Shown: positions 46,520-59,275 of the stretch, piece after piece
Layout: each line of letters starts with the position of its first letter
How positions within the stretch are numbered: position 1 is the first letter of the stretch
DNA from: Raillietiella orientalis
Lineage: Eukaryota
Assembly (NCBI GenBank): GCA_036172245.1
Contig: JAYWIR010000042.1
Location: 248,001 to 312,000 of the forward strand
DNA length: 64,000 bases
Direction: 5' to 3'
Notes under the pieces: model-generated
Told to the model about the DNA's origin: nothing
Database searches by the model: none
What the model saw: only the letters and a program-made list of their open reading frames with translations
Position numbers and translations under genes: made by a program

Positions 46520-47370
46520 TTCCTCTAAGAGACCTGCCGCGATGTAAACTGGACGGAGACCTGATATTCTGACCTGATCATAAGGCCCCCTCCGCATTCT
46601 TTGTTGCCCGTTCTGAGTGTTCGTCGCATCGGATCGTTTGTTTGAGTCGCATCTTTTGTTTCTTCCTCCGGGAGTAGAATGAAGTTCTTAAGGGCTCGAA
46701 TTGCTGAAACAGGTGCTGGCACATGCCTGTCAAGTTCCCTCGTTCTTCGTATCGACTTGAGGAATTTTGGACCAACTGTCTCATATGGAACTGCCTGCGC
46801 CTTGTGAGTGGGTTCTGCGCTCAGGGCGAGTGTGCACGGCCTTCTCTCGCGAAACGCCGAGCGTTCCAAGGCAACACGCAAGAGCACTGAGTGGATATGC
46901 CCAGGTCTCTTCTTGCAAAGATGTTGGCCGTTGCGAGTGATGGAGAAGCTGCTTTGGGAGAGCGACGTTTGGCAAGAAAGCGGCTGCGGCCGCTCTCCTC
47001 TCTCCCGCCCACCCCTACGATCTAGCCTCCCGCCGAACCGACCCTCACGTCGCTCCGGATGGCCTCCTCGATCGCTCTGCTCGTTATCCGAGAGCTGTGC
47101 GGGTGGGGTGTCTCGCAGCTACGGCCGGTGATGTTCGGGTCCTCCTCAGGTGGCTCCGTTCAGCTGTTTTGCTGGGTGGCGCGTTTAGTAAGTCGCTTTT
47201 TGCGGAATCCCAGGTTTCATAAGCAGATTCTCACGTTTGAGAACGGACAGTTTTATCCTGCCTGCTTTGAAGAAGTTAGTGAGGGAACCATCATGGGTGT
47301 GTGGCCTCTCAGCTGCTGTTGTCCCTGGTGAAACACCAGTGCTTGCGGAGTCTCTCTGTCCATGTCTGAA
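46520..47370 (-). mobile_element. Decayed Tx1/L1-like ORF2 fragment
   Basis: STGVSPG (like GV-QG), then PAPVSAIRALKNFI and MRRTLRTGNKECGGGLMI (GGL motif). Confidence 0.38.
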
Positions 47371-47661
47371 AAGCAAAAAGAATGTGTGATGCTGACAGAA
47401 GCGGCATCATTCTACTTCCACCTGGGGACCGTTCTGGGTTTCCCTCGAATGGCGCAACGGAAAGAGTGGGCATTTTGGGATGAATGGAATGACTCAGAGA
47501 AGTAAATGTCTGAGGAGAGAAAGCGGATGTTGACGGCGCAGCACTCGCCGGAGTCAGCATCTTGTAACAAACGCGACTGTCTAAACAAACTATTGGACAC
47601 GAGGAGGATATCAACGTTGTATCAGTCACCACATCCCTGTTGAGTATCCAATGTACTGAAT

Positions 47662-47842
47662 CGTGCACTGTTGTTTCGTGTCGCTTCTGCGCCGCGCCAT
47701 TGTTGAGTGATGTTGTCTTGAAGCGTGCCATTGTTGTTTCGTGTCTCTGCTGCGCCACGCCATTGTTGAGTGATGTTGTTGTCTTGAAGCGTGCCATTGT
47801 TGTTTCGTGTCGTTGCTTGTTCACGTTATTGTTGAGTGATGT
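47662..47842. repeat. Tandem repeat, ~3 copies of a 63/66-bp unit
   Basis: The marker ttgtttcgtgtc recurs at 47671, 47734 and 47800, with an internal gccattgttg sub-repeat. Confidence 0.92.
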
Positions 47843-49439
47843 CAGTATTGTGCTGCCTCTTCCTTGTCATGCTTCCTCCGTCACATTTTGCTCTGTCGCA
47901 ATGGAGTAGTGGTGTTACGTCACGTGATACACCTGGACGCAGCGCCGTGGTCGTAGCAGGTGCAGGAAAAGTACAAACTCCGCAAGCTACAAACTCAGCA
48001 TTCGAGACCCTAATTAAAAGTTAATTCAAGGGAGAATCGTTTGGATGTTAATGAATATACTGATGGTCGCCTAAGAGACCACACAGAAAAGAGGCAGCAA
48101 AGAACCTGGAGAAAAAAAGGAAAAAAAAAAATCATCAAAAATATGGCCTCGGCAAACTTGTCACATGACGACCGTAACCTTTAATCCTGGAGGCTTGAAG
48201 GAATTAAATTAAGGAAAAAAGAGGGAAAGATATGCGTAGCTTTCAAGGCTACACGAGTTCTAGGAAGGAAATACGTCTGCGTTTGAGTCCAGTCCTCGAA
48301 GCAAAAAGACGAAGGGCTCCTTCAGTTGCTGCTGCTGTTGTTGTTGTTTGATTACATCGAGTTTTCGTCCTGGATACAGTTCTGTCCTCGATGGGACTGT
48401 GCGTCACGAGAAGGAGGACGGGAAGAGTGCAGAGGGACTGGTCTAGTGACCAGCTTTCGTCACCTCGTCCGGTCCCTGGGTTTTTAAGAATCATCTGGCA
48501 GTGGCGAGCAGCTGTTCTGTCCTTCTTTTCGGTTCTTGAGGGTGCGCCTGAGGGCGAGGTCGGATGAGGAGGAGGGCGATTGAGATGGGGGATGGGACGG
48601 ACTACCTGAGCTTTGAGGATTTAGCCGGGGTGCTTACTCCGACTTAATCTTTGACCGAGAACCCACCACTGAGCACCCCCCCCCCTCGAAGCAAGCAGTG
48701 CTTCCGCCTTCCGTACGGCTGGTACTTTCCTCTGCTTGAGACACCCCCCAAAAGCAGAAGAACACGTACCATCCTCCCCGGTCTTTGCACTCCGCCTCCT
48801 GAGCCACCTGCGAAAAGGCTGTCTCCTGAAAGCCGATTTCGTTTCTTCGGCGGAATGCAGCTTCAGGGATTAGGATTAGAAGGGGAGCGGGTAGCCGAGT
48901 CCTCCGGGAAGTCTCTTCTCCTTCATCCTCTCGCGGCGAATCCCGCTGGAAGCGGGACTGCCTCACACTTCCCTGCGACCTGCGGACCCCATGCGCGCGT
49001 GCGCCTCGGACCCCAACCCGGTGGATCCGGGTGTTCTGCGCAATATCCGCGTCTTCATCATCTCTAGTTGATGCTCTCGCAGCTGCCTTCTTTCCAGACG
49101 GGAGGAGGGCGCTTCTTGCGCGTGTGAACCAGGTCCGACCACACCGCCACGCGGAGTGGTCACTCTTGGTTGGTTACGACGGAAGCTCCCGGGTCCTACA
49201 TCCTCCCCCTCTTCCCTCCTCTCCACCCTCCACACCTCCGGGACGGAAGGACGGCGACCACGACTCCCCCTCTGCTGCTGCCTCCAGCTCTGGAGCTCGT
49301 TGTCTCTGCGGAGGGGAGAGGATGGCTCTCTCTCCAGGCTCCTTAGCTCATGCTCATTCCAGAAGGAGAGCCGCAACCCCCTCTTTCCCAAGGGAACACG
49401 GATTACCGAGATCTGAAGGAGGAAGGGTGCGCGCGGAAG

Positions 49440-49620
49440 AAGAGAACCATGCGAGCTCGGCGAGGGAGGAGCCCCATTGGCTTACTGAGCTCCAGAAGTA
49501 TCAGAATAAAGCATCCTTTATCATCTGAATCCTTCCCGATATGCTTTGACGGCATCCAGAGACGCCTCTTCTGCAACCCGCACCGTGAACGAATGCACTC
49601 TCCGGGACTCGCCTTCTTTT
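49440..49620 (-). mobile_element. Decayed L2/CR1-like RT fragment
   Basis: DDKGCFILILLELSK resembles D-G----L-LLDLSKAFD. Confidence 0.35.
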
Positions 49621-51379
49621 TCAGGCCGCCTCTCTCTCCCAGGAGATCGACTCTCGGTTCCCCCCCCCCCCCTTGCAGGAGGGAAGGGAGAGATGGGAGA
49701 TGCTCTACAAGCCACCTCAACCCGTCGTTTGGCAGCTTCCGGGTTTTTTCAGGTGGCTGCGACGCGCGTGATGTTCCTGTTCCAGGGTCCCGATCCAAGC
49801 ATCCAGCCATCTCCGGAATCCGTGCATGGGCGAGGGTTCCTCCGCGTCTCTTCGGACGGGTTCCTCTTTTTTCCAGAAATCATCCGCCTCCGGGAAGTTG
49901 ACAGCGACTATTCTGGTGGGTATCAAGCCCATCCGTCGTGATCCGCTGTCTCCGGGGCGGCTGTAAGCCGCCGAGCCTTTCCGGGAAGAGGACTCTCCCT
50001 TCTGCGCGACAGGCGCGTCTCAGGGACTGCCCTCTCAAGGCGAGGAAGAAAGGAGAAAAAAGGAATGCCAGCAAAGATGAGACTCCCGCAGCTGTTTCTC
50101 CCAATCAGGAATATGAAGAGAGCAGAACATCTGGCTCCGCGGTTCCCTCCCATATTAAAAGTCCTGAGCCGTCCCTGGCGACAGGCTGCAGGCGGCAGCG
50201 GCTCCTCTCGCGCTCCGAACCAGCGGCATCCTGGCGGCAGCGCGGGATTCGCTCGCAACCGGACGCTGGAGGTGTCCTCCCTAGCAGCTTCCGTCGATGT
50301 AGGAGAGAACAGGGAAATCCGCCAGGAAATTCTTCACCGGGTCCTGCAGGTTCCCGGCCGATTTGCCTCAGGAGGACCGGCTAGGAAGGGATGAGGGCGA
50401 CGGCCCGTGGAGATCAGATCGTCCCCCCTTCCCCCCTCCTGCATTTGACAGAGGTCGGGACTGGGCAGAACGCGTCGTCGGCTCCTTGCGGCTGGGATTC
50501 GCGAAGATGGCCGTCCGGAAAATCTCCCCGCGATGGTCCCCGAGAGGTCAGCGGGTTGATCGGGAACGTTGGATCTTGCAAGGGGAGGAGACCCCGTAGG
50601 TCCCTACCCGGAAATCTCGGAAGGCACTCCACACTCGTCAGGTCTTCCACCTGCCCGAGGCGGGGTGACCGTGTTCTGGCGTCCTTGGGTTCGCTGAAGT
50701 AGCCGCGGGTCCTCTCCCATCGCGCGCTTGGGCGCCTGTTTTAACTTGCAACAATAAGCGCGCAAACAATAACAATAGCAGTAATGACGACGATAATGCA
50801 GGCAAGCAGATCCGTTCCGTTATTTTATTGCAACATCCGAAGAATTCCGGATCAGAGAAGCCAGCTGCCTCGCCAGCGAGCACCGCCTCGGAGGACACCA
50901 AATAAAGGGATGGAAAAGTTTATGGCTTTTTATGTATGGGAGGAGGGATCAAGACAGAACCGACATTCCTGCGGCGTCCTTCTCGTCCTGGAAAGTTCTG
51001 TCCTCGAATCCACTAGGTGGGACCATCTGGTTGCCTGATCAAGAAGGAGGCCATCATGGTGATGGCGGCGTTCCCGTCACGTTGTGTTCTTCCGGCTGCG
51101 CGCCGCGCCCCTCGAACATGCTGCAGAGGCGGCGGAGAGTGGGCGGACACTGTTGAGAAACAGAAACGTGCGCCGCTTAAGAAGAAGGGTCGTTGGCCGG
51201 GAGTGGCACAACCGTTGGAAGACGTTCCTACACACACACCTCGGAGGGCAGCACCATTCACAAGCACGTGCGGGGCAACTTCCTCTTGGGGGGTGAGCGA
51301 GCGCTGCAAGAGAGAAAGAACTGACAGCATCGCTGAATGTCCTTCGCGGAAGCCTCGAGGCCTTTCGTGGGCATTTAGA

Positions 51380-52430
51380 GATCGTCTAGCAGCGTGGACG
51401 TTGCTGCATCTTCCGTTTGCGCCGCCCAATCACCAAGAAGCCTGCTGGTGTTTGCGATGTCGCACTCCACCTCCCACCTCGCTGGTTGGCCACTTCGATT
51501 GCTCTCCAGTAGGAAAAAGACTGCCGCATCAAGGAAGCTCCGGAAGGCGAAGCCACCGTTTCGCGGATCCTGTGCGACGGCTTCGGGGCTGCATCCGCCG
51601 AGGTTGCGGTATCACAAGGAAGTAGCACGCACCCACACACTCGCTGTCCCCTGCTCCCAGGCATTATGGCTTTGTAGGAGGGCACGAAATGCAGGCGTTT
51701 TTCTCCATAGAAGTGACCGTATGACCACATCTCCACCTCGGCAAAACAGCTGGCCTAGACGGGTTTGGGAGTTTCCGATCCCGAGAAACTCGGTGTTGGG
51801 ATACTTACCGCCTCTCGAGCGCAAGATTTGTTCCAGAAGCCAGCTATGAAAAAGCGGCCTCGGGCATCACCAGTGGACGGGAATCTGAGGAAATTTCATG
51901 TCTTGAGCAATCGAAGGAGGAGAGGCAAGTCAGAAGCATCCAGGTGATGGGAGAAGCGTCCGGACGATCCAAGGCAAAATGAACGTTCCAGAGAAAAGCA
52001 CTCGAGGTAACACCTGGAAACTCGAAGTTTGGCGCGCAGACGAGAAAGGGAATCATTTCCGGCCTGAGCGCAGCTCGTCTCAAGGCATTAGGGGCATTCA
52101 AGGTGGAGAAGGGAAGACCTGGATTGGGCAGTTTCGGGATCCGGAACATTTTCTGCTCTACAGCGAGCGCCTTCTCTTGGAGGATTTCCGGTTCCTTCAA
52201 TGACGCTTGACCTTTTTCTCCTTGCGGGAGTACTGCCTTCTAGGACAGCTCTGATCGCCTCGCTCTGAGGCGAGGAGGATGGAAAGAATTGTCAAGTAAC
52301 ATTCTCAACGGGTGAGTCAGCAGCCCGACGGTGATCGCAGGGAAGTGTGACGAGTTGGCGACGCAGACCAAGGGGTGCTTTTTGGCAGTCCTCAACTGGA
52401 CTTTTCCAGGAACGCACTTAAATTTCAAAC
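51380..52430 (-). mobile_element. Decayed CR1/L2-like ORF2
   Basis: HPLVCV...PPRLRARRS, FPGVTSSAFLWNVHF, EFLGI, SYKAIMP and SFSYWRAIEV appear in RT and post-RT order. Confidence 0.45.
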
Positions 52431-53439
52431 CTGATCTGTTGCTCCAGGATGAGAAGAAAGTGGTAAACCTTGCATTCCCTCACGAGCAGTCATCGACGAG
52501 GCCATGAGAGACAAGATAGAAGCATCGAGTACTCTACACTTTGCCTTTCAAAGAATGACCACGATCTCAAGAGCAGTTGCAGGAGCATCTCTGAGATTGT
52601 GAGCTCCGAGAAACAGTGAAATGGTTAAAGAAGTGACGAATCTTTGGAGACGGTGAGAGCGCGTCCGAAGGCAAAGAAGAAGAAAAAATGCGTGCAATTT
52701 GCCCTCGAAGCGTCAGATGGAAGAGGCATGGGAACCACAGGAAGGGCTATAGGGAAAAGACAGGAGAAGAAGCTGGAGGAGTCTTTCTCCACCTCTTTGT
52801 ACCTCCCTTTTGAAGAATGCCTCATGTACCAAAATTCAAAGAGGTTGATAATCCTTCCTCGTTTCTTCCCCTGCAGATTCCCGTGGTGGTGGGGCTCTGC
52901 CGAACCTCTTTCGATCCCAGAGAAGTTCGCATTTCCACTTGCTGCCCAGTTCGTGCCCCACTTTTCTGGTCACTCTGCTGCTGCTGCTATCTTGGAGCAC
53001 TTCAGTTTTCAGACTGCTGATTTTTTTTTTCTTTCTGCGGACTTGAAGAACTTCATCTTTCCGACGATCCTCAACCCTTTCAAGCTGTGACTGGCATTCC
53101 AGCAGCTTTTAAACGCCTACTGGCGCTGCTGCTGATCACTGACTCGACTACTTTTCAAAGGGCAGAGCAACTGTGATGCAGCAATTTCTTTGGTTGCATC
53201 TTCCGTTTGATCAGACTCTCGGGAAGTACGGCACAACGTACCAGGTTTCCTTGAGCTACCTAAACTCCCGGTGGTCGTGGTCTAGGAATGCTCTTGGCCT
53301 CTAGCCCCCCTCTTGATCGTTTTTGTCGGAAAACTTTTCTCCGGTTCTCATTTTAAGACAATTTTCAAAATGACTTCTCTGTTCGATGGAAAGTGTCAGC
53401 ATCAGTTGTTTTCCTGGCTCTTCTTGAGTATCTTTGCTT

Positions 53440-54370
53440 CTTCAGGTCAGTGAAGCATCTGCGATAGTTTGGGGCTCCCAGCATGAGAGCGAGGCACTCT
53501 TAGCGGATTGCATAGTTGGTCAGATCCCGTAGCTCTCTTCCAAGTGTGGCACAGGATCCCAGATTCTTTCTCAAAATATCCAAAGCTAGGGAAGCTTTTA
53601 CCCCGTTCTCTTCTCACAGGTCCGTAGGCTGCCATGAGCTTTCTGGACGTTCTACGCCGTTCTGCTTTTCTTTTTCCCTATTGCAAACCTCTTGAATTTC
53701 GAGTGCCATTTTTTAGTCTCCTGAGAGTCTTTCACCGCCATCTCCACTTGTGGTTCCACTAGAGGGGATCAGATCACTTATCTGGCCAAGAAGAGGTCGC
53801 AGGTACCTGCTTTAAAGGATTCACCGCTCTGCAACTCGCATGCGCATATCGGAGGAAAGCATTCTTGCGCGAAGTACAAGTACTTTTCGATTGTGCTCGA
53901 AGTACTTTTCGATTCCTTTAGAACCTTGGATTGATTTCCGCCGTTGTTGGAAGCCCCATCCGAGTTGCGATCGCAGCAGTTTTCATTGCCCGAGCACCTT
54001 CCGCGCGGTGAGCTTACAATCACCTTTCGTTGTTCTTCTCGCTGAAGAACCCATAGCATCACACATTGGATGCATCTCTGAATGCGCAACTGATAACAGC
54101 TACTCTTAAAGAACAAAAGCAGCAACAGCTTGGGATGAGCAGTTTTTGTGACTCACCGCTGCGTGAACTGAAGAACAGATGATGACATTGCCTCGGCTAA
54201 ACAGAGGGTGCCCTATAAAAAAAATGATATCAGAAGCTTCCTCGAATGAAGCGTAGTTGCCATGGTATCCAAACTCAAGATGATTTATCTCCTTCGAAAC
54301 TTTTGCGACTGGAGAAACCGCAAGAGTTGTTTCTCTGGAGGAAATTTTCTCTCCAGAAGGAATCATCCCT
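53440..54370 (-). mobile_element. Decayed CR1-like ORF2
   Basis: LWVLQREEQRKVIV, YLYFAQEC (like LFADD) and AYGPVRR...WKRAT (like Y--LVRP...QRRAT). Confidence 0.55.
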
Positions 54371-55199
54371 CCTGGTCACTTGTGTATGAGGTCAGTTTGC
54401 GAGGGAGACTGCGCGAGTAAACCAGTGAGCAGGAGAACTTCTCCCTGGCGAGGTTCTCCTGACGATGCTGCAAGGTGGTCGACGTGGATTGAATCTTTGG
54501 AACGACAACGGCCCGTTTCCGTCTTGATGTGATCACTTCCGGAGCGTTCTGTTCTTCAAAAATAAACAAAGGAAGACTTGGGGGGTGCGGGGGTGGAAAA
54601 CGAAAGTCCACGGGGAAGGTTCACCGGAAAGCAGGATCCGGATGAGCAGGGAATCCGGAACGAAAGAAAGGAAACAATGAATAGATAAAAAAGATGAGCG
54701 GGACCGTTTTGGCAGAGTCCGTTCCTCTACAGCCTCCTCGAGGTTGGGCCAGCACCCCAGAGACTTCTCGGTGCAGGTGGGTCCACCTCGCCGCAACTCA
54801 CGCACGAAGGCGACTCTTAGACGGGGGCGACTCTGGATGTTGCTGCAGTTCCTCCAAAGAGATTGGCGCCCGACTGCCGTGAGGAGGAACGAGCGGCGAA
54901 AGCAAATGGCTCTCTTGCATGCGACCTGTGCGGTGTGATGAGAGTTGAGTTTTCCTTTCCATCATGACACGGATTCACTGTTGATTGGTGGATAGCTGGT
55001 CGCTGGTTGGTCCGAAAGGATTGGGAGAGATGAAGATTAAGAGCTTGATTTGTGGTTTTGTGGTTTCGTGATGGATGAGGAGTCACTCCTGCCTGTTGTG
55101 ATGGATTATGGTGTATCTGCTTGATAGGAGCAGAAGACGGAGGGTTTGGTAGGTAAGGTCAGGTTAAGTGTTCTCTTCCTGCTTTCTGATCAGGAATGA

Positions 55200-55620
55200 A
55201 GGGGGGGGGGAAGGATAATGAGTTCGTGAGCGATTCATGCGTGAGGAACGACGTTATTATTAGCCACAAAATGGATGTTTCTTGTGGTGCAGCTGTAGAT
55301 GTGAAACAAACTGAACCAGCCCTGGTTATGTCACAGCGATGTCATGCATCAAAGGGTATTTTTGGGTCTGAAAGATTTTATAGGACTTGGGGTGTGTGGT
55401 GTTCAGCCAGCAGCTGCTTGGCATGTGAGTGAAGGAAAATTCCACCAGCAAGGGTTCGAGAGGCTGCTCTCGCGCTTCAAATATTTCATGTTTCAGTGCG
55501 GGCGAGGAGTCTGGAGGACGCACGAGCAAACTGTCCATCATCAAACCAAATGCAGATGGAAGCAGAGTCTTTCCTACGGTTTGCTAACAAGAGCTGGAAG
55601 AGCTTCTTTTTTTTAAAAAA
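55200..55620 (+). mobile_element. Decayed CR1-like RT fragment
   Basis: NDVIISHK... and FERLLSRFKYFMFQCGRGVW resemble H-RLL-KL--YGI-G---W. Confidence 0.35.
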
Positions 55621-56459
55621 AAAAAAAAAAAAAACCTTCCTTTCTGAGCATCCAGATTCCAAGAGCAAAAGAGATAAATCGATTTCACCTCAAAGCAAAG
55701 AGATGCCATGATTCTGTTAGTCAGCTGCTTTCAAGGAGGCGGTTTCCAATCGAGCCAGTTGCCGAGTTCTGGAACAATCCGACCTTACGGGGGTGTGATG
55801 CATCTGCAGGTCTCCCAATCTTCCAGGAAACTACTTCAGGAAACTCGAGTTGAAACTCCGTGAAATGAGGCTGAAGAACGTAACCGACTCCCAGTTGGAA
55901 CACACATGTGTTCTGGTAAACCGAGAGCAAATGGCACGGTGTTCCAGTTGGAGAAGCCATCTATGGAACCCAGACCTGAACCACTCGGCAGAAACCCGTC
56001 CTCATGAGTGTCTCCTCCTCGAGCACGAAAACGCCTGAATTTAACAGAAGTTTCTGTAAAGTAAATTCTAAAATAGCCATCCCTCTTCGAAAGAGCAGCT
56101 GCATTTTAATTGAGCAGCGGGTTTTTTGTTAGTTTTTCTTTCTTGGTAAGCATCCTGCCCCCAAAGAAGGAACCCCCTGGGTTCATTTGGCCAGCGACTG
56201 ACCTGATTCATCTTGCCTTATTAATTATTGGCGCCTCGATTAGTCCTCGCTCCTGTGACTGCACTGGATGATGAATGTGGCTCTTCAAGGGGGCACATGT
56301 GATCAGAAACTTTCCGACATGATACTTCTCCGCAGTGAAATCACCACACCACCAAAAAGCGCAAATCCTCCGGCTGTCCCTTGCGTCATTCGGGGCACGT
56401 TGAGTTGGTTCCACGCATCATGAATACAGTTTGGTTTGTCACCCGGTCACGCTGGGACG

Positions 56460-57140
56460 TTCATTATAAAAGAATAATAAACATACATGTGTAGGGCCAT
56501 CGGCCCTACATTGTCCGAAAATGCTCAGGACCTGCCGTGTGACTGGCACGCCTGCCGAAGAGGTTCGCCTCGGCAACGGAAGGGGAGGGAAGAGGCAAAC
56601 AAAATTTAAAATAAATAAATGAAACTCTGGGGGGCACGGGAAGGGATCGCTTTTCGCTAGAGGGCGTCCTCTGCATCCTTTCCAGGATGCGGGCGAGTTC
56701 CATCCGAGCATGGTGCCATCTTGCTGCCGTCCGCAGGAAGCGCAGGGCGAAGCAGATGGCGTCCCTATCGCGCCGTCCTCCTCTCGCGTAGCTCCAGGTC
56801 ACCACAATCCCACGTAGACGGCAAAAAGCTGCTGCTAGGGATGCGGCAGGCGTACGGACATCGCGTACAAAGAGGTGCTTAAACACATCTCTGGGATTGT
56901 CCATCGATGCACCAAAGGCCCTTGCGTAGCCTAAACACAGGGGCTGGAGGGCAACTCAGTCTAGAAGCAGGTGCGGGATGGATTCGCGTTCCCCACACCT
57001 ACAACAGCTGGAGTCCTCAGCCCCCCGGGTTTAGTGAGACCGGTAGGCATTGCACGGAGTATCCTAGTGCAACAGCAGAAGTGCCGACTCCTGCCAATTC
57101 AGGGGGAGGGCCCGGTCGTTCTTCAGCTGAACACGGTTTG
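56460..57140 (-). mobile_element. 3' end of a decayed Tx1/L1-like LINE, diverged relative of 810-1540
   Basis: QLKNDRALPLNWQESALLLLH*DTPCNAYRSH*TRGAEDSSCCRCGERESIPHLLLD*...RDVFKHLFVRDV. This is a CX2CX7HX4C finger with the last Cys changed to a stop. It shares gcatcctttccaggatg, gggaagggatc and aaataaataaa blocks with the first copy. Confidence 0.7.
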
Positions 57141-57229
57141 TGTGCTCATTCGAAAGCTCACCAACAGGATAGCCCCTGTTCCTTTAGCATTCACAAAGGA
57201 TTTCAAAACAATTGAATCTAGGAAGAACA

Positions 57230-58480
57230 TATCGGCGTGATTGGTTGCACAGTTCAACTCCAGGAATATTCCCGAAGACTTGCTTCATGTTTCCTATTTT
57301 AATCAAGGGCTTCACTAAAGATGCACCGAGGAAGCCGCGCGATAATTTCTTGCGTGTGCGAATAGAAACCTTGGAACCTGCCGAATAGATACGTCTTTTC
57401 TCTAAGTCTTTTGCTGTCCTTTTTGCTTGTCTGTTTAAATACATCTTGAGCGTACAGAAGCATCAGCATCTTTTCGATCATTCTGAACACCTTCCTTAAC
57501 CAAAAAAGATTCCGAAGTTAAGCGCTCCAGGAGACCAGCGTTTCTGGTCGTCGCCAAGACATTAGACAGTCTCTCAGGAACTGCAAGTGCAATCTATCAT
57601 AAAAGAATAGAAATATGTGTTTGGGGATGCACAATCTATCACATGGGAATCTGCAACTCGATGCACGTGATCGTAGCAGAAAAATATGGAAAGAAATGGA
57701 AATGAATTTCTATCATCGCTCTAACACAGTCCCATCGACCTACGTTAGTTCCCTAGAATACGTCTTCAAAATTTTGGAATGAAAGAATCCAAATATAAAT
57801 TACATTATGGCCTTAGATCAGAACAAAACATAGTTGAAAGATCCATGGGCAGCAAAAAGGTTTAGCTGCTGTGAAAACAAGATTCTGCATTCTGATGGTC
57901 GAATAATCTTCCTTGAGATGGACGTTCCTGAATCCTACAGAATCCGGCACTCTAATCCGTTCCGTATGTGGAAGACCAGAACCTTTGCCTCTCGAACAGG
58001 TCGTCATCTCGAAGGATGCGATTTCAGATTCAGCTGCAGGAGAAAAGGGAAATGAGAGTTCTTTTTCTCTTTGAAAAAAGGAACCAAGCATTGCAACAAC
58101 CCTCGGAGGAAGAGATGCGATTGCACGTAAGATTTTTAAATCATGGAAAGTGGCCGAAAAACTCAGCGGACACAAGGACTCCAAGAGAGATAGCATGAAA
58201 TAAGAAAGACGGAGTACATAAGGTGACGTGCACGCGGGATTTTTTTTTTTTTCTTGATTAATTTCTCGGGATAATCCGAGCTATGTTTCACGTAGGGAAC
58301 CCAACCTTGTTCGTTGCAAAATGACAAACCTCGAGAATACAACATCCCTTACATGAAAGGAGTCATTGATCTCTGGAACCTGAACGCTGTTTCCGTTCAT
58401 GGGCACCCAGACGGCTCGCACCTTATTCAGAGGAGATAACGGCAAAGTTGTGGTCACACGCTGCTCATGAATGTTTGAAA
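57230..58480. mobile_element. Possible decayed Polinton/Maverick remnant (integrase C-terminus, ATPase N-terminus, small basic protein)
   Basis: Minus 58210-58480: NIH...LPLSPLNKVRAVWVPMNG...FHVRDVVFSR / EQGWVP / LMYSV, like c-integrase N--H---P--V--N---VW...F-VGD-VR...KGY-P...Y. Plus 57920-58170 is weakly ATPase-like. Minus 57290-57550 has KVSIRTRKKLSRGFLGASLVKPL. Confidence 0.35.
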
Positions 58481-58599
58481 GGGTGGAACGGAAACCTCCA
58501 AAAAACAAGGAGAGGCAAAAAGAAAGATCTCCACAGACGAAAGAGAAAAGCCACTAAGGGAAGGATGAAAGTTCCGTCTTACCACTCGGGACGAAATGG

Positions 58600-58900
58600 T
58601 CATGAAAATCTACCAGGCTTCTTGAGGTGCAGGAAGACATGGTAGTCACTGGGCGCGAGGCCAAGACCGTAAGGTGGGTGATCAAAAAGTCCCCATTTGA
58701 ACTTCTGAACAGCAGTGTGTGGAAGATGCACGCTGTCGCGGGGAAGAACAATTCCTGATCTGAACGTTCCACGTCGTCGGTTCTGAATGGCACTCCGCAG
58801 TGTTGAGAGTGTTTCTACACAGTAGACTTGCGAAGTGGTAGTTGTTCCTGGTTCCCTAAAGTCCACCAAAAGCACGCTCTTTTGGTCCCACACGCTGCTG
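58600..58900 (-). mobile_element. Mariner transposase fragment (catalytic domain)
   Basis: WDQKSVLLVDFREPGTT...YC-ETL--LRSAIQNRRRG...HPPYGLGLAPSDYHVFLHLKK. Confidence 0.88.
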
Positions 58901-58919
58901 TTCGCGCATTCCAGACAAT

Positions 58920-59275
58920 TCGGAAATTCAAGTGGTAACTTTCTGATCACCCACCTTACGGTCCTGACCTCGCGCCTAGTGACTACCACGTCTTCCTGAG
59001 CCTCAAGAAGTGGCTCAGCGACTCGAGGGGGAAAGGGAGGAGTTGAAAACTGCGGTGCTGCTGACCTGGCTGAGCTCCCAGGCGACGGAATTCGCTGCAG
59101 AGGATTTCGAAAAGCTTCTTCCACGGTATCAAAAGTGTTTGGGGGAGAAAAAATGGTGACCACAGAGAAAAAGGACACGAGGATGTATGTGTTTAGAACC
59201 ACTGTTGCCTTTTTGTTTCTTATGTTTGTTCTTTTTATATATCCGATCGTTCTTACTTTTGAAATGCGCCTCGTA
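58920..59275 (+). mobile_element. Mariner 3' end with terminal inverted repeat
   Basis: HPPYGPDLAPSDYHVFLSLKKWL...ELKTAV...WLSSQATEF...FEKLLPRYQKCL. Ends in cttacttttgaaatgcgcctcg followed by TA at 59274-59275, a mariner-type TIR and TA target. Confidence 0.88.
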
